DNA from: Podarcis gaigeae
Taxonomy: Eukaryota
Assembly: GCA_964106915.2 (NCBI GenBank)
Contig: OZ066915.1
Strand: one strand, 5' to 3'
Length of the DNA: 64,000 bases
Part shown: positions 62,774 through 64,000 of the stretch, piece by piece
Position numbering within the stretch: position 1 is the first letter of the stretch
Layout: each line of letters opens with the position of its first letter
Notes under the pieces: model-generated
The model's database searches: none
What the model was told of the DNA's origin: nothing
What the model saw: only the letters and a program-made list of their open reading frames with translations
Translations under genes and position numbers: made by a program

Positions 62774-64000
62774 TATACAGTACAAGCAAACATTTCTACT
62801 TCCCCGACCAAATAATTTTCCATCCCCAGGCACACTGTTCTGGGGGTTCTCCTGATCCTCCGCAGCTGATTTGGGGTGGAGCACATCAGGAAATAAAAAT
62901 AAAATAAAAAGCCCTTTTGCATTAGCAGAACTCCTTGCACTGGCACCCACTAGTGCAACTGTTTTGTTAAATCAGAGTCTAGAGATGCTGTGACTCAGTT
63001 CACCTGATTTTAGAATTTCATCAAGGTGTCTGAAGTGTCCCATGATTTCTGCAAACTGAACTGGAGCTCATAAAGTGCTCTCGCTCAATCCCAAAGACCA
63101 GTTTGAAATATTCTGAATAATGCTAGTATTCCAAAAAAGCCATTCAGATTTTAAAAGCCTCACAAAACAATCTGCTTTGGTGCTGTCATTGCACAATTAT
63201 AAGTTAGTTGTTGTATGAGCTAAGGATTGCATTTGCAGGATTTAGGTTGTAGTGAGTGCTGGGATATTACATTATATTAGATAAGCTCACACCTAGGGAG
63301 AAACCTACCTGCTCTCTTTTTATGTTCTAAGAAAGGAGGAACCACAACTTAAAGTATTTGTATGTGCAAGAGATTAGTCTCAAATATGTTTTAAAATGGG
63401 GCTTTTTATCAAACATGGGCCATGTTTGCCAATAATGGGATTCAAAGGGCTTTATCCTGATTTGTTTCCACAAAGTTTGCATGGAGGCTACTAGTGTCTG
63501 GTCTTTATTGGACATTCCTTTTAATTTGTTTGCAAGGCAGATATATAACGCAGCAATCATCCTGATTTGCTTGTGAGGTACTTATTCATCTTCTCTGTAA
63601 TCATTCATTCATCCATCCCACACTTCATGGTGCTTTCCCACTCACATTCCTAACTGCAAAAAAGCATCTCTCTGTATTTTTTAAAGTTTATTTGTTGCAG
63701 TAGGGTGACAAAGCACATTGGATTAAATTGCACAAGCCTAATTTTCTGGTGTAGGCTTATATCCTTCCCACAAAATAGTGACAGTCTGGAGATACCAAAA
63801 TATTATGAGGGACAGGAGCAGGAAAATAGAGCATATGAGACTTTATACTAAGTCAAACTACTTCTCTATCTAGTGCAATAAGGACTGGCAGCAGGCCTTC
63901 AGAGTCTTGGGCAAAGGCATTCCAGTCACCTTCACTACATGATCCTTTAACTGGAAATGCCCGTGATGCAGCACAGGATTTTCTGCATGCAAAAGCCTGC

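Overview
Eukaryotic (vertebrate) genomic DNA, not prokaryotic. The repeat content (Sauria SINE, squamate-type CR1/L2, Penelope-like and TcMar/hAT/PIF MITEs) points to a squamate reptile; a lacertid lizard is my inference. Three spliced protein-coding genes could be reconstructed by hand, all with GT-AG introns and intact frames: the last five coding exons of RAB40B (+, 7005-10787; first exon lies upstream of the window), complete WDR45B/WIPI3 (+, 15193-25538, 10 exons, 344 aa) and complete FOXK2 (-, 60595-31079, 9 exons, 656 aa). Order and orientation match the RAB40B-WDR45B-FOXK2 block as I recall it from human. CpG-island promoters sit at ~14.7-15.9 kb and ~59.5-60.95 kb. Most of the six-frame ORF track is noise, exon fragments or LINE remnants. 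The most notable non-obvious signal is an intact minimal hammerhead-ribozyme motif (24588-24627). It is carried by an internally inverted Penelope-like fragment nested in an L2 element, and the inversion puts it on the sense strand of WDR45B intron 8. Decayed relatives occur at ~14.15 kb and ~9.89 kb, and a weaker, apparently non-TE hammerhead-like match lies in WDR45B intron 2. Other oddities: a perfect 64-bp dispersed duplication, several fold-back palindromes, a chimeric insert bounded by a target-site duplication (TSD) upstream of WDR45B, and a 46-aa Ala-rich insertion in the FOXK2 FHA domain. I found no evidence for a wholly new gene system. No database searches were run; comparisons to human proteins are from memory.
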